NCBI GenBank assembly: GCA_002104905.1
Contig: MCFE01000802.1
Span: 1 to 34,407 of the forward strand
Direction: 5' to 3'
Source of the DNA: Basidiobolus meristosporus CBS 931.73
Taxonomy: Eukaryota; Fungi; Basidiobolomycota
Length of the DNA stretch: 34,407 bases
A model generated the notes under the pieces. The model did not search any database and was not told the origin of the DNA. It worked only from the letters and a program-made list of their open reading frames with translations. Positions 23,725 through 34,407 of the stretch are shown one piece after another. Position numbers and translations under genes: made by a program. Numbering within the stretch: position 1 is the stretch's first letter; every line of letters starts with the position of its first letter.

Positions 23725-24972
23725 GGTTTTGAAGCTTCTTTCTCGCCGCTAAATAACCGAACTTGCGGAGAACTAGCTACCGACTGGCCTGACCTGAGCA
23801 CAACTACGGTGGGGGGGATCAAACTTTGACGAGCAAATTTTCACTCGCAAGATCCTTTTTTTCCGCATCGACCATAAGATCTGCGTACATGCATACGTTA
23901 GAAAAATCTACAAAACCGGCGATGATCATTCGCATAGAATGGGCAAAAAATAGCCATCCATGGCGGTGATCGATCCCCCAAGCATCCATTGGCTGGGTTC
24001 AAGAAAAGCCAACCACAGCCTCCCTTGAGAATTCCGTGTCAAGTTGGGAATTCTGCGACGATTTCTGCAGCACTGGCTGGGTTGCTTGCTTGAACAGCCT
24101 AATGAATAGCAGATGGTATTTGGTGGTATCGACCACACCGCTATAATGCTCCCCTTCTGTATCGGATTCAGCAGCTACTGCAGACGGAGATATCTTCTCG
24201 GTGCTACGAAGGACAGAGAGTTGCTACTGGATGTGCTTCAGCCGGCCACCACCTTCACCGGCCATGGCACAACAACCAGGATCCCTACGCACATCCAATG
24301 CCCGGTTTGTATACGGATTGTCCGGCTAATGCTGAATCAATCAATGGTCACAGCATCAAACTCCGATGTGCGCTAGGTGATAGAAACTTCTGTTTCTCGT
24401 AACCAGTACCTGCTTGTAGCAAGATCATGGAAGACAAAACCCTGAGGGTTTAAGGGAAAAATCGATTAGAGGAGGTGGTTTCATATTGATGTTGCATCCG
24501 TTTCTGAGAATCTAGATTGACATTTATAAATTTGAACCAATACAGCACTGCTCCAGCCACGCAGGGGCCGAAGTCTCGCGTTCCCTTGGAATGCGCTCGT
24601 GGTGGCAACAGGTGAGATGAGTTGGCGTCCAAGCACATCTCCCTGGTAACCCAGTGCGCGACAGGGACGGCCTGTTGGCTGGAAAATAGATAGGAGATGC
24701 TCGATTCACGTGGGATTCCGTATTTTTTACATAGCTGATAGAGAATTACAGGGGGAAGCCGGGAAATAAACACATAACGAACTGGCTGGTTTAGGTGGAT
24801 TTTGGTGTATGAACATCACTTTCAGATTAAATTGCAAATTATATCTGACAGTATTAGGGCGGCCCTGCACTTTGAACAGAGCCTTGGGAATTGGGTGGGT
24901 GGTGGTAGATGTTAGGCGGCTGAAATGAAAGTGATGCTCAGTCTATTCAAAATGGCGCAAAAGCAAGTGGAT

Positions 24973-25811
24973 TCATTGCTGACCAACATCGATGTCCGAC
25001 TCATCCAAGGAGAGTATGCTAAATGAATCCCCGTGGAGGTCGTCGTCCGTCATGTTGGATGCGACCTCGTTCCAGCTTGAGAACGAGAGGTCCGAGTTGA
25101 CGGTGCTGACCGAACACGTGGAGACTCTCCTCATGATGGCCGACGGTGGCAACGGGAAATACTCGTCTGATGAGACGGGTTGGAAATCCGAGAAGGTTGG
25201 CGAGGGGCAGGAGGAGCACATTCGGAACTCCTCCTCCCGCTGAGTAGCTATCTGCTGAATCTCCGAATTAATCAAGCTGTCGTGGAATCTATCCATCTCC
25301 ACCTGAGAGTACTTGCCGCAGTCCCGCGACTTCTTCGTCGTCTTTCTGGCCCGGCGCTTCTGGATTTCGTTTTCAATCCTTAGCAGGAAGAGCTTCTCCT
25401 CCTCCAGCAACTGCTTCCGTCGTAGGTTCTCTCGTTGGTGAGTCAGCAGCTGTTTGAACTCTGCCAGGATCTCTTCCTTTCGCGTAAGCAAGAGCTCCAC
25501 TTGTTGCTCCACATTGGATGACTGATGGGTTGGGTGATTAGGACTGCGGGGAACGCTACGCGAGGGCATGTGGGAAGGGCACTTACCATGGGCTTCTTCA
25601 AGGGCTCCAAGGCGGAGTCGTCAAGGCTCTCCTCTAGATACTCGCGACGCCGTCTGTAGTCGAGTTCGTTCAAGTCTTGCCAAAATGCCTCATCCAGGTC
25701 TTCGAACAATATGTTGGGGATGTGAGCAGTGTAGGCTACGATCCCCATGAGAAGCGCACCCACAGTGAATCCGTAGCGAACCATCAAATATACTGGACTC
25801 GACAGGCGCAT
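24973..25811 (-). CDS. Hypothetical 257-aa protein: N-terminal hydrophobic anchor, acidic segment, coiled coil, Ser/Asp-rich tail; 2 exons
   Basis: Exon 1 25811-25587 (MRLSSPVYLMVRYGFTVGALLMGIVAYTA...), a 65-nt intron (GTAAGT...CCTAAT...CAG), exon 2 25521-24973 (SSNVEQQVELLLTRKEEILAEFKQLL...). The splice joins two ORF-track frames in phase 0. Confidence 0.7.
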
Positions 25812-28800
25812 ATCCTGGTGGTTGGGATGATATGTACGCGCTCTAAACTACTGTACAGGGGAATTTTGACGGAAGGAATGGTATTCAAGTCGAAGGGTGA
25901 GTGAATCAGGTAGAGCGGAGGATCTGAGGATGGCTCTGCTTTATACTCAGATGTGACGATAAGCTTTTCTATCATCACCCCGGGAAATGACACCATCCAC
26001 TTAAATTTGTGTGCTCCCTCGAAAATCATTTGCGGCTATCCAGTTCATCAAACCAAGCGCTTGAACTCATGCCTTAAGAGTCATGTGAAGAGGCGATTTG
26101 GGGGACACCTGGCAGACCAGATTCGTGTTCAGCATGTTTTCCTGGCCAGCCCGGTCCACAGAAATCATCGCGATTCTCGAGCAGAGGGAAATCCCTACCA
26201 CCTCATGGGTAGGCCAGCCACCACAGAGCAGCACAAATCCATGAAATATCCAGTGGGCGAGTCAGGGGAGCCAATAGGCGCTCGCTGGAGGGCTCGGAAT
26301 CCAACTGCAAACCTCCACCTCTGTCGCCAAATCACATTCCTTGTGCTTCTCAAGGAAGCGGATTCCAAACTGTCGATCCGACAAATGGAATTTCCCCATC
26401 GGTCCAGAGCTCGCATGCGAGGCATTCATTAAAACGAGTAGCATTGGGATCATGCCGGCCATTCGCGCCGTCTGCACGATCCTCAAGAGCAAGAAAAGTC
26501 TGGTTTGCCGCGAGCCGTGTTTGCAGAGAATTTGTCACTCGAAAAAGGAGGATTGATCATCTGACGGAATCGGGCTCGGCGATTCGTCATTGCTGTAGTC
26601 ATTTGCTCTAAATACCTCATATCAACAGCCATATTTGGGGTGACCCTGATGTCCCAAATGGTTCATCATGACTGCATATCTAATTAAGCTTCGCTTCATG
26701 ATGGGCCGTTTGTGATGGCTACGCTGATTGCATGTCCAGGGATGGCTTCTGTAGGACTGCTGTCGCGCTGGTCGGCGTCACCGTCTCTCGTCTTGCCAAA
26801 CACAGTCAAGTATCTCCGATGGCCAGCCATCAGATCGGGTCTTGTCTGATTCGAGACTTACTTGGTAAGAAGCTGCGTCTCCTGTGGTCTTATCTGTGAT
26901 GCGACTTGTGTACATGCTGGAGAGCAGCTGGCGAATCCGCTCCCCACCAGGCCAAGTGTGACCGGTGTCGGAGTTGCTGAATGGGTGCCATCCGCTCACC
27001 ATCCACGGCCATTGGCTGACCTGCGCAAGCAAGTCTAGGTCCGCGCATATTGATAGGCCTCCAGGAGCCCACTGGCTGTCCAATGAAGCTGAGGGGGACT
27101 GCTTAAAATGGTATCACGTCAGTTGAACCTTGAAGCAGGTAATGGGCCCGCTAATTTGTGGTACAAATAGCGTAATAGAGCTTAGCGCAGTGCTTCCACC
27201 GAATCTGGCCAAATCAGGAGAGCTGTCGATTTGTCTGACAAATGGGAGTGGACCAGCAATATACGGCACCACGTAAATGGCGAATCCCCAAATCCAGCCG
27301 TAGCACTGTAGGAAGCTTCGATGCTGAGGAACCAGGGATTCCAGGAGATCCTTCAATGGAAGGCGATTCCTGATTGTCAGGTTCCTTGACGGTTTCTGCT
27401 TTGAGGATTGGGGAGATCATCGACGGGACAAATGGGTAAATGCAGTCACTTTTGATGGCACATACCCAGGCTGCGTGGCTGGCGTCTACCGTTGATTGCC
27501 CTGGATTGGGAATCCCGTTTATCATTCATTTCCAAATCCGATAAACTAGTCTCGAGCCGAGCAATCCCACTCCGCCACCAAGCGCAAGCAAACAAAATGG
27601 AACTGGATTTCGCAAAGGGGAATTCGAATCCCGAAAATCCCCCTGTGTCCCTGGGAGCATCTGGGCCTTGGGACGTTCTTGCTTTCCGAAACTTATCTGC
27701 TATCACGCTCGTGAGGCCCACCTCGCTGCGGCTCAATTGATTTTAGGGTACATTGTGTACATGCCCAGCGAGCGAATAGAAGCCTGATTTCCCGAGATTC
27801 CCATCCCCCTGAAATCACCTACGTGACATGGCGGATTTTGCGTGGAGCCCCCATGATGATAGATATGCTTGAATATTTGCTTCGGATTCGCGTGATCCAT
27901 TTCTACTATGTTCTGAGGTATGCTCATGCCAACGGATCCTCTTGCTTCAATGTCTGGAGCGGGTCCTACCAAAGGCACCCGGGACCAGCCAGAACACACT
28001 GCGCCTTGGAAAACCCGTTGGTCATGGTGCGTTTCCGCAAACGATGGCTATCCCTAGTGGATGAATCCGGTAACTAGCATACATTGCCAGTTCCGCTAAC
28101 TCCCCTTCAGGAACAAGTGGTGTGCTACTCTTAGGTAGGGGTTTAGTGAGTTATTCTCCAACGAACGGTCTAGCTACTGTGCTGCAAGTCAAGTGCTGAG
28201 GGAAGTCTGGTTTCCTTCGTCCGGGTACGTTCCATAATCGTAAGATGCAAGGATTTCCGGGCGCTTTCCTAGGAAGGGTGGGATCGAGTTCAGAGCGCGT
28301 TGCCGCTTGCACATATTTGTGTACATGAGATGATCAGTTCTTGTCTCCTTAATGAACACCTGGTTGTTATGGCCTAGAAGACTCGCCAGACAGCATGTAC
28401 GATCGAATGGGATGCTAATCAAGCTATAACTACAAACCAAGCTACGTTTGGCAGCAGATATTTGGTATCATTATGTTGTGGGTCACTCGTTCTCTCAATC
28501 AGATTTGTATCTGGAGTGCATAATATGGGAATTAAACTTATTTCGGTAGTCCGACCAGCTCCGTAATTCTTACCTGAAGGGAATCGTCCAGGTGTAGGTT
28601 TGTCGCCATTCAGGAAGCTGGTCCCTCTATATCGTTGGTCCACAACAGACTTCATTTCGCAATGGGCAGCACATTACAGTATACACGGCACACTCTTGAA
28701 GCCCCTGGATACCGGGCCAGGCTATGCGCGAAATCCAGATAAGGGTTTTGACATCGGTCATGGGAGCCTCTGCATTAGTTAGGCATGATGGTCCTGCCAG

Positions 28801-29799
28801 ATATATGCGACCTGCCCCGCTTTACATGTTACCACCAGTAACTCTCAAGGCTATCTGGGTACCAATTAATTTGCATCGCAGTTAATGCTACCGCATTATG
28901 GGGATCATATAGCTGGGAATGCTCGGGTTTGCGCCTGAATGAAATCGTTGTCAATCTTCTACCTTGTATCGCCTTCCGGCCATGGTGTTGCTGATTCAGT
29001 AGCACCAGTGTCTTATCATGCACAGTCCCATTCCATCGATTGCACTGGATAAATTCCGTCAGAACCTTGACAGTGGCTAAGGTTGTTGTAATCTGCTATT
29101 CAACAACATCGTTGTTTTTCTGGTTTCCAACGAAGGTGCCATGGTGAATGCCTTTCGTACCCGTGTACCAGTACGCACGGCATCGTCGGTTAAATTTGTC
29201 ACGGTCCACAGTAATCCCCAAATCTCCTATCCATGCTTAGCAGCCTATTAGTATTGCTCGCCTCAACGGTGCGGTCATGAGTTGTGAATTTCAAGAAACA
29301 TCAGTATTTGGATGTTGGACTTAGGCATAAATAGCTAGATGCCCACCCAACTAGAGTTCCTCCCTCTGAACTGAACCAATGTTTCTCATTTCCCCATGAT
29401 TACGCCAACCATAAGGGATTACATTGACAGAAGCCTGAGATTTGGGGCGCATAAGACAGAGCCCTGGTCACCGTCTACCTCAAGAGTGGGTCACTGAGGG
29501 GATGCGCGGCTTTTATTCAACCTGATTTGGAAGATCTTAGCTGCCCATTGTTCAGCTATGATACCAGTTACTAGCATGGTGTCCTTTTGGTTATACAAAT
29601 TCATCGATTGAGCCCTGGGGACATAGGCGGGTGAGAACAGCTTCTATAAGTTGACAGAATTTTACTGAGACTTGGGTTGACTATTCGGACATCAAATAAA
29701 TTTGCTTCCTACCTGCCAAGAGGTCCCTTACTTTGCGCATAACTTCCGGAGTCCTTTTGCAAAACATTCTTATCTGTACTATTGCAAAGTTCACTCAAA

Positions 29800-30950
29800 A
29801 GAGTAAAACATCAGCTTTGGCTTGGTCAGTTGATTAGTGGGAAACTAGCCTCTTCTCAAAATATTCAATACTTGCAGGCTCAGATCTATCAACAATCCAA
29901 ACTATTCATTAAATTTTCTTAATGCCAAAGATATTGGTGTCTCAATGTGCCCATCTGTGCTAAGTTTTCTCCAACTCTTCCCAGCTGTCCTCCATATACC
30001 AACTCATCATATCCATGACAGACTTGAAGGTAATATTCTTGATGAGATTAGAATATTTCTTCCTATCCTCCCACATATCTGCCTCATAGGAAGCTCCCAA
30101 AAGGTGAAGTAAGGTCCAATGTTCTCTACACAACAAGCAAGATGGAGTAGAGAATGAATGTAGTAGTGGCAGAGATCTATGCAGTCAGCTTTATGCTTGT
30201 AGTATAGTGGCTCAAATCCCATCTGAAACCCCTTGCATAAAAGCTGTAGATGTGCTAAGTTAGCATTAGTGATCTGCTTCTGGACAAATATTGCTACAAT
30301 GGCAACATATAACTCCCAATGCTATTGGCATACTCTGGGTAGAAATCACTTTAAAAGGCCACCTGAATAAATACATATTCAGTGCATCCAGTCCTTGCAT
30401 TTGTATTGTTGCATATGTTTATGAATACTAATTGAGGTTTGAGAGAAGTGTTCTAGGAAACAGATACTTGGTAATATCTTGCCAGTTGTTTTGAGTATCT
30501 CTGATATCCAAAAGGGCTCATTTAGCATGAGATGCCTCATGTGCAACTTGGTCATTAGTTTTAAGATATTGTTGAAGTACAGATGCATTACTCCTGGTGT
30601 AAAGCTTTTGCTCCTACAGATTCCATCCATCTCAAGTGTCTCAGCATTTAGATTAAATTCATATTCTTGCCAAAAGCATACAAAAATCATCCAGTAATAA
30701 ATGCAAGTAGCTATCCAGGTTTGACAAAATAGGCCCAGATATCAGTGAGACTACCATTGGATTTCTGTTGTGATACAGTAACATTGGAGGCAGACTCACT
30801 TTGATGATAAATTGTGGGCAGCAGGATTTGAAGGTAGAGTACTTGTTTAATGAGAAACTTGTAAAAATTTGTATTTCCACCTAAATATTCACCTAACTTA
30901 GTCACTTAGATCATCACCTTCAAATCCTAGAGAATACTGACCAAGTTCCT
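29800..30950 (-). pseudogene. Decayed CACTA/En-Spm (Tnp2-type) DNA transposon transposase fragment
   Basis: Minus-strand fragments in the expected order across frameshifts and stops: LPP...MVVSLISGP..SNLDSYLHLLLDDF (about 30790-30680), GVMHLYFNNILKLM (about 30595-30555), YKCKDW (about 30405-30388), HSLLHLACCVENIGPYFTFWELPMRQICGRI (about 30160-30065). These match CACTA transposase patterns from memory. The lower boundary is approximate and no TIR was identified. Confidence 0.75.
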
Positions 30951-31205
30951 TGTTGGGATTTACTTAGAATATTTTCACCAAAATACCAGGTACCCAGAAC
31001 ATGAAAATTTGATAAGTTGTCCAAACAGCCCCAAACTTTGCACACATGTTCTTGGGACCTTCCTTAACCCATTCTATGTGTTTGTAATGCCAAGACCAGG
31101 TAAAAGTATAAATACTACTTTTACATTCAATAAATCATTAAGTGAAAACCACATAATCTACTTGTTCTCCAAATCACTTCCAATATCTCCAAGACTCTCA
31201 CAACA
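30951..31205 (+). repeat. Putative 5' LTR (255 bp) of the Ty1/copia element
   Basis: Starts TGTTG (30951) and ends CAACA (31205), a 5-bp terminal inverted repeat. Contains TATAAATA (31107-31114) and AATAAA (31129-31134) and is directly followed by a PBS. The 3' LTR is outside the window, so the direct repeat cannot be confirmed. Confidence 0.75.
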
Positions 31206-31217
31206 GGTTATGAGCCC
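31206..31217 (+). other. Primer-binding site complementary to the anticodon stem-loop of initiator tRNA-Met
   Basis: GGTTATGAGCCC directly abuts the LTR-terminal CA. It is the reverse complement of GGGCUCAUAACC, the fungal tRNAiMet anticodon arm, which is the priming mode of yeast Ty5 and Drosophila copia. Confidence 0.8.
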
Positions 31218-31236
31218 CAAGCTGTCACTCTCTGCA

Positions 31237-34200
31237 ATGTCTACTACTGCTATTACTGGAATTTTTCCCTCTGCTGAAAAGTTGGATGGATCTAACTACC
31301 AAGTGTGGAAGGTGAAGATGAAGATGCTGCTACAAGAAAGTGGCCTTTGGGATATTGTCATGGGAGAAGAATGCCCTCCTAAAAACGTGGGAGAGGAAGC
31401 CTTAAAGTACCAGAAGAAAGAACAAAGTGCCTTTAACTGCATTTGCCTTAATGTTAAAGACAAATTGCTAATTCAATGCTCAAGAGCAAAAACGGCAAAG
31501 AATGCCTGGAAAGCATTAGAAGACACCTACCAGTCATGTTCAGCTGCCAAGAAAATGTATCTGAGACAAAAATTCTTTACTACAAAGATGCTGCCATGAG
31601 AAGAAATGAAAAATCTAATTAACAGAATTACCCTGCTGGTAGATGAGATGGAATCTGTGGGCATACCAACTACTGATGAGGATGTGATAGTTACCATCCT
31701 GAATAGCCTGACAGACAAGTTTCAGGGCCTTGTATCAGCCCTAGAGTCCAGAACTGAAGATTTGACCTTAAATTATGTATATGGAAGGCTCCTGGATGAA
31801 GAATTAAGAAAATCAAGCGCCAATAAGAAGGAAGAAGAAAAAGCTTTAATAAGCAATGATAACCAACAAAGGAGGTGCCCAAGACCCTACAAAGGCAACA
31901 GCAACCTGTTTTGTAACTACTGGAAAAGGAAAGGACACACATCAGACCGGTGTCTCAAAAAGAAAGATAATCAGCAAAAGAAGCCTGAATATGGAAATGC
32001 TGCAACAACTGAAGATAGACTATTCATATCTGCACTAAATATGACCACAAACAAGGATTCTCAGATGTGGTATATTGACTCTGGAGCATCTCAACACTTT
32101 ACACACCAAAAAGAACTTTTTACCCAATATCAAGAAATCCCAATTAAGAAGGTTTTCATGGGTGATGGTAGAACACTTGATGCAGTGGGAGAAGGAACTA
32201 TCCAAGTAAACCTTAGAAGCAGTGAAGGAAGCCATACACTGACCTTTAAAGAAGTACTCTATGTACCAGAAATAGCCAAGAACCTACTCTCTGTAAGCAA
32301 GGCCACAGCAGAAGGACTCAGTTTCAGTTTTGACAATTCTGGATGCAGGATCACTGATCAAAATGGTGCCCATATTGCTTTGGGCAGCAGAGATCAAAAT
32401 CTATACAAGTTGACTTATATTCCATCATATCTGGAAGCCAATATAAGTAACTTAAATGAAGAAACACCAATGCTTTGGCACAGGAGATTTGGGCACATCA
32501 ATTTTGATTATTTGTGTAAAATGATCAAAGATCAGCTAATTTCTGGAGTGAAAATTGATCCCCCAGCTAATTTGGAGCACTGTGAAGCCTGCATATATGG
32601 GAAACAAGCCAGACAACCGTTCAAGAGCTCTGGGTTAATCAAAACTAAGAAAAAATTAGATCTAATTCACTCAGATCTGTGTGGACCTATGCAAAATTTA
32701 TCCTTAGGCGGGATGAAGTATTTAATCACTTTTATTGATGATTATACAAGATACACATGGGTCTACTTCATGGAGAGAAAGGAAGAAGCTCTGTCTAAGT
32801 TCAGGGAGTTTAAAGCCATAATGGAGAGAGAAACTGGTGAAAAAATCAAGAAAATACGCTCTGACAATGGTGGAGAATATACCTCAAAACTCTTCATCCA
32901 CTTCTGCAAAATTCATGGGATAAAGCAAGAGACTACTGTACCATACTCCCCACAGCATAATGGAGTAGCAGAACAAGCTAACAGATCAATAATTGATATG
33001 GCAAGATCTATGATCCATGATCAAAAATTATCCTATGATTTTTGGGCAGAATCAGTTGCCACTGCTGTATACCTTAAAAATAGGAGTTATAACAGAATAC
33101 TTCGTGATTCTACTCCATTTGAAGCATGGTATGGATACAGACCAAGTGCAGAACATCTAAGAATATTTGGGTGTACAGCATATGCCAAAAAACTGGCCAG
33201 AAATCAGTCAAAATTTGAGCCAAAAAGTGTAAAATGCATATTTTTGGGCTACTGCAATGAGAGTAAGGCATACAGACTCTACAATACCAAAGCAAAGAAG
33301 CTGATCAAGTCCAGGGATGTGTTGTTTGATGAAAATTCAAAATTTTCACAAAAAATGACATCAGATGATGACAAAAATTTGATCTCAAGTCCACCAATTG
33401 TCAGGATTGAATCAGAGCAAAACAATGAAAATTTTTTCACTCCAGAGGACTCTACAACTGTGGTTCAGCCAGAATCAGTGCCCAGGAATATCCCAGAAGT
33501 GATCATTCCAGTATCAAATGCCCGGAGATCAAATCGGACAAGAAATAGCCCAAATCACTATATTAATGAGGGTACAAACTTAGCCTATGCCTATTCAGTC
33601 CATATTGATGAACCCCAGACTGTAAAAGAGGCCCTAAATAGCCCTCAGACAACGTTTTGGAGATCTGCAATGACTGAGGAATATCAGGCACTGATGGAAA
33701 ATCAAACTTGGGACTTAGTCAAATTACCAATCAACCAAAAATCAATTGGATGCAGATGGGTCTTCAAGACAAAATACAAGGCTGATGGTACAATTGAAAG
33801 ATACAAAGCAAGACTTGTAGCCAAAGGATACTCTCAAACAAAAGGACTTGACTATACTGAGACCTTTGCACTGTTAGCCAAGTTTAATTCCATCAGACTA
33901 ATATTGGCTAATGCAGCCAAATATAAGTTTTTATTCATCAAATGGATGTAAAAACTGCATTTTTGAATGAAGAACTTGATGAGGACGTGTATATGGACCA
34001 GCCTGATGGGTTTGCTGACCAAGATAACCCCCATTTGGTCTGCAAGCTTAAAAAGTCACTATATGGTCTCAAACAATCACCAAGAGCCTGGAATTGCAAG
34101 ATAGATTCTTATTTGGAATCTTTGAGTTTCAAAAGGAGTAATGCTGACTATAGTATATACTATAAGCCAGATAGAGCAAATCCAGTTCTATTAGCTCTAT

Positions 34201-34407
34201 ATGTGGATGATCTTATTATAGCCGCCAATAACCTAGAAACATTGGAAGAGACTAAATCCAGCCTATCTAAGGAGTTCAAGATGTCCGATCTAGGAGAACT
34301 TAGTTACTACTTAGGGATTAAGTTCTCCATAGACAGAAGTACCAGACTATTACCCTAAGCCAGTCCAAGTATATTCAAGATATACTAAAGAAGTACAAAA
34401 TGGAAGA
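31237..34407 (+). pseudogene. Disrupted copia gag-pol polyprotein
   Basis: In-frame TGA at 31597-31599 within gag. A 1-nt loss in the T5 run near 33930 (AAG TTTTT ATT CAT CAA ATG) shifts the frame just before IHQMDVK. A second 1-nt loss near 34345 shifts the frame before TITLSQSKYIQDIL. Confidence 0.85.

Larger units (their letters stand above)
30951..34407 (+). mobile_element. Ty1/copia LTR retrotransposon, non-intact, truncated by the window end
   Basis: LTR + PBS + gag-pol in copia order: gag (KLDGSNYQVWKVKMKMLL, AKNAWKALE), zinc knuckle (CNYWKRKGH...C), protease (WYIDSGASQH), GAG-pre-integrase (LWHRRFGH...CEAC), integrase (IHSDLCGP, SDNGGEY, NGVAEQANR), RT (RYKARLVAKG, HQMDVKTAF, LYGLKQSPRAW, YVDDL). 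Confidence 0.95.

Noticed and set aside
23926-24773. Short ORFs and stop-interrupted frames upstream of QTRT1
   Set aside because: No consistent reading frame, splice pattern or recognisable family on either strand.
28830-29220. Possible GH5 glucanase relic on the minus strand
   Set aside because: The catalytic NEP motif is absent (LLNQ) and the other similarities are too vague to support a family call.
33920-33951. Programmed -1 ribosomal frameshift in copia pol
   Set aside because: The sequence is G TTT TTA, not a canonical slippery heptamer, and copia RT is not normally split by frameshifting; a simple deletion or sequencing error is more likely.

Overview
Eukaryotic DNA, almost certainly fungal: short 50-85 nt GT-AG introns and fungal-type gene families. 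An early-diverging lineage (Zoopagomycota/Mucoromycota-like) is my inference only. Bases 1-25.8 kb hold nine protein genes: a CAMKL/AMPK-related Ser/Thr kinase, a secreted GH31 alpha-glucosidase, a succinate-semialdehyde dehydrogenase with two in-frame starts, an orphan, an intronless 1000-aa protein combining tectonin-type beta-propeller repeats, a class 3 lipase and a PLAT domain, a small PH-like protein, a 13-exon MutL homologue of the human-PMS1 type, the queuine tRNA-ribosyltransferase catalytic subunit (with a 12-nt microexon), and a membrane-anchored coiled-coil orphan. From about 29.8 kb to the window end lie nested transposon relics: a decayed CACTA/En-Spm transposase interrupted by a Ty1/copia LTR retrotransposon. 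The copia element has a recognisable 5' LTR, a half-tRNA(iMet) primer-binding site, one stop and two frameshifts, and the whole TE block is strongly CpG-depleted. The best candidate for an undescribed system is the lectin-lipase-PLAT chimera at 13207-16209. All splicing, motif calls and counts were done by eye; no database searches were run.
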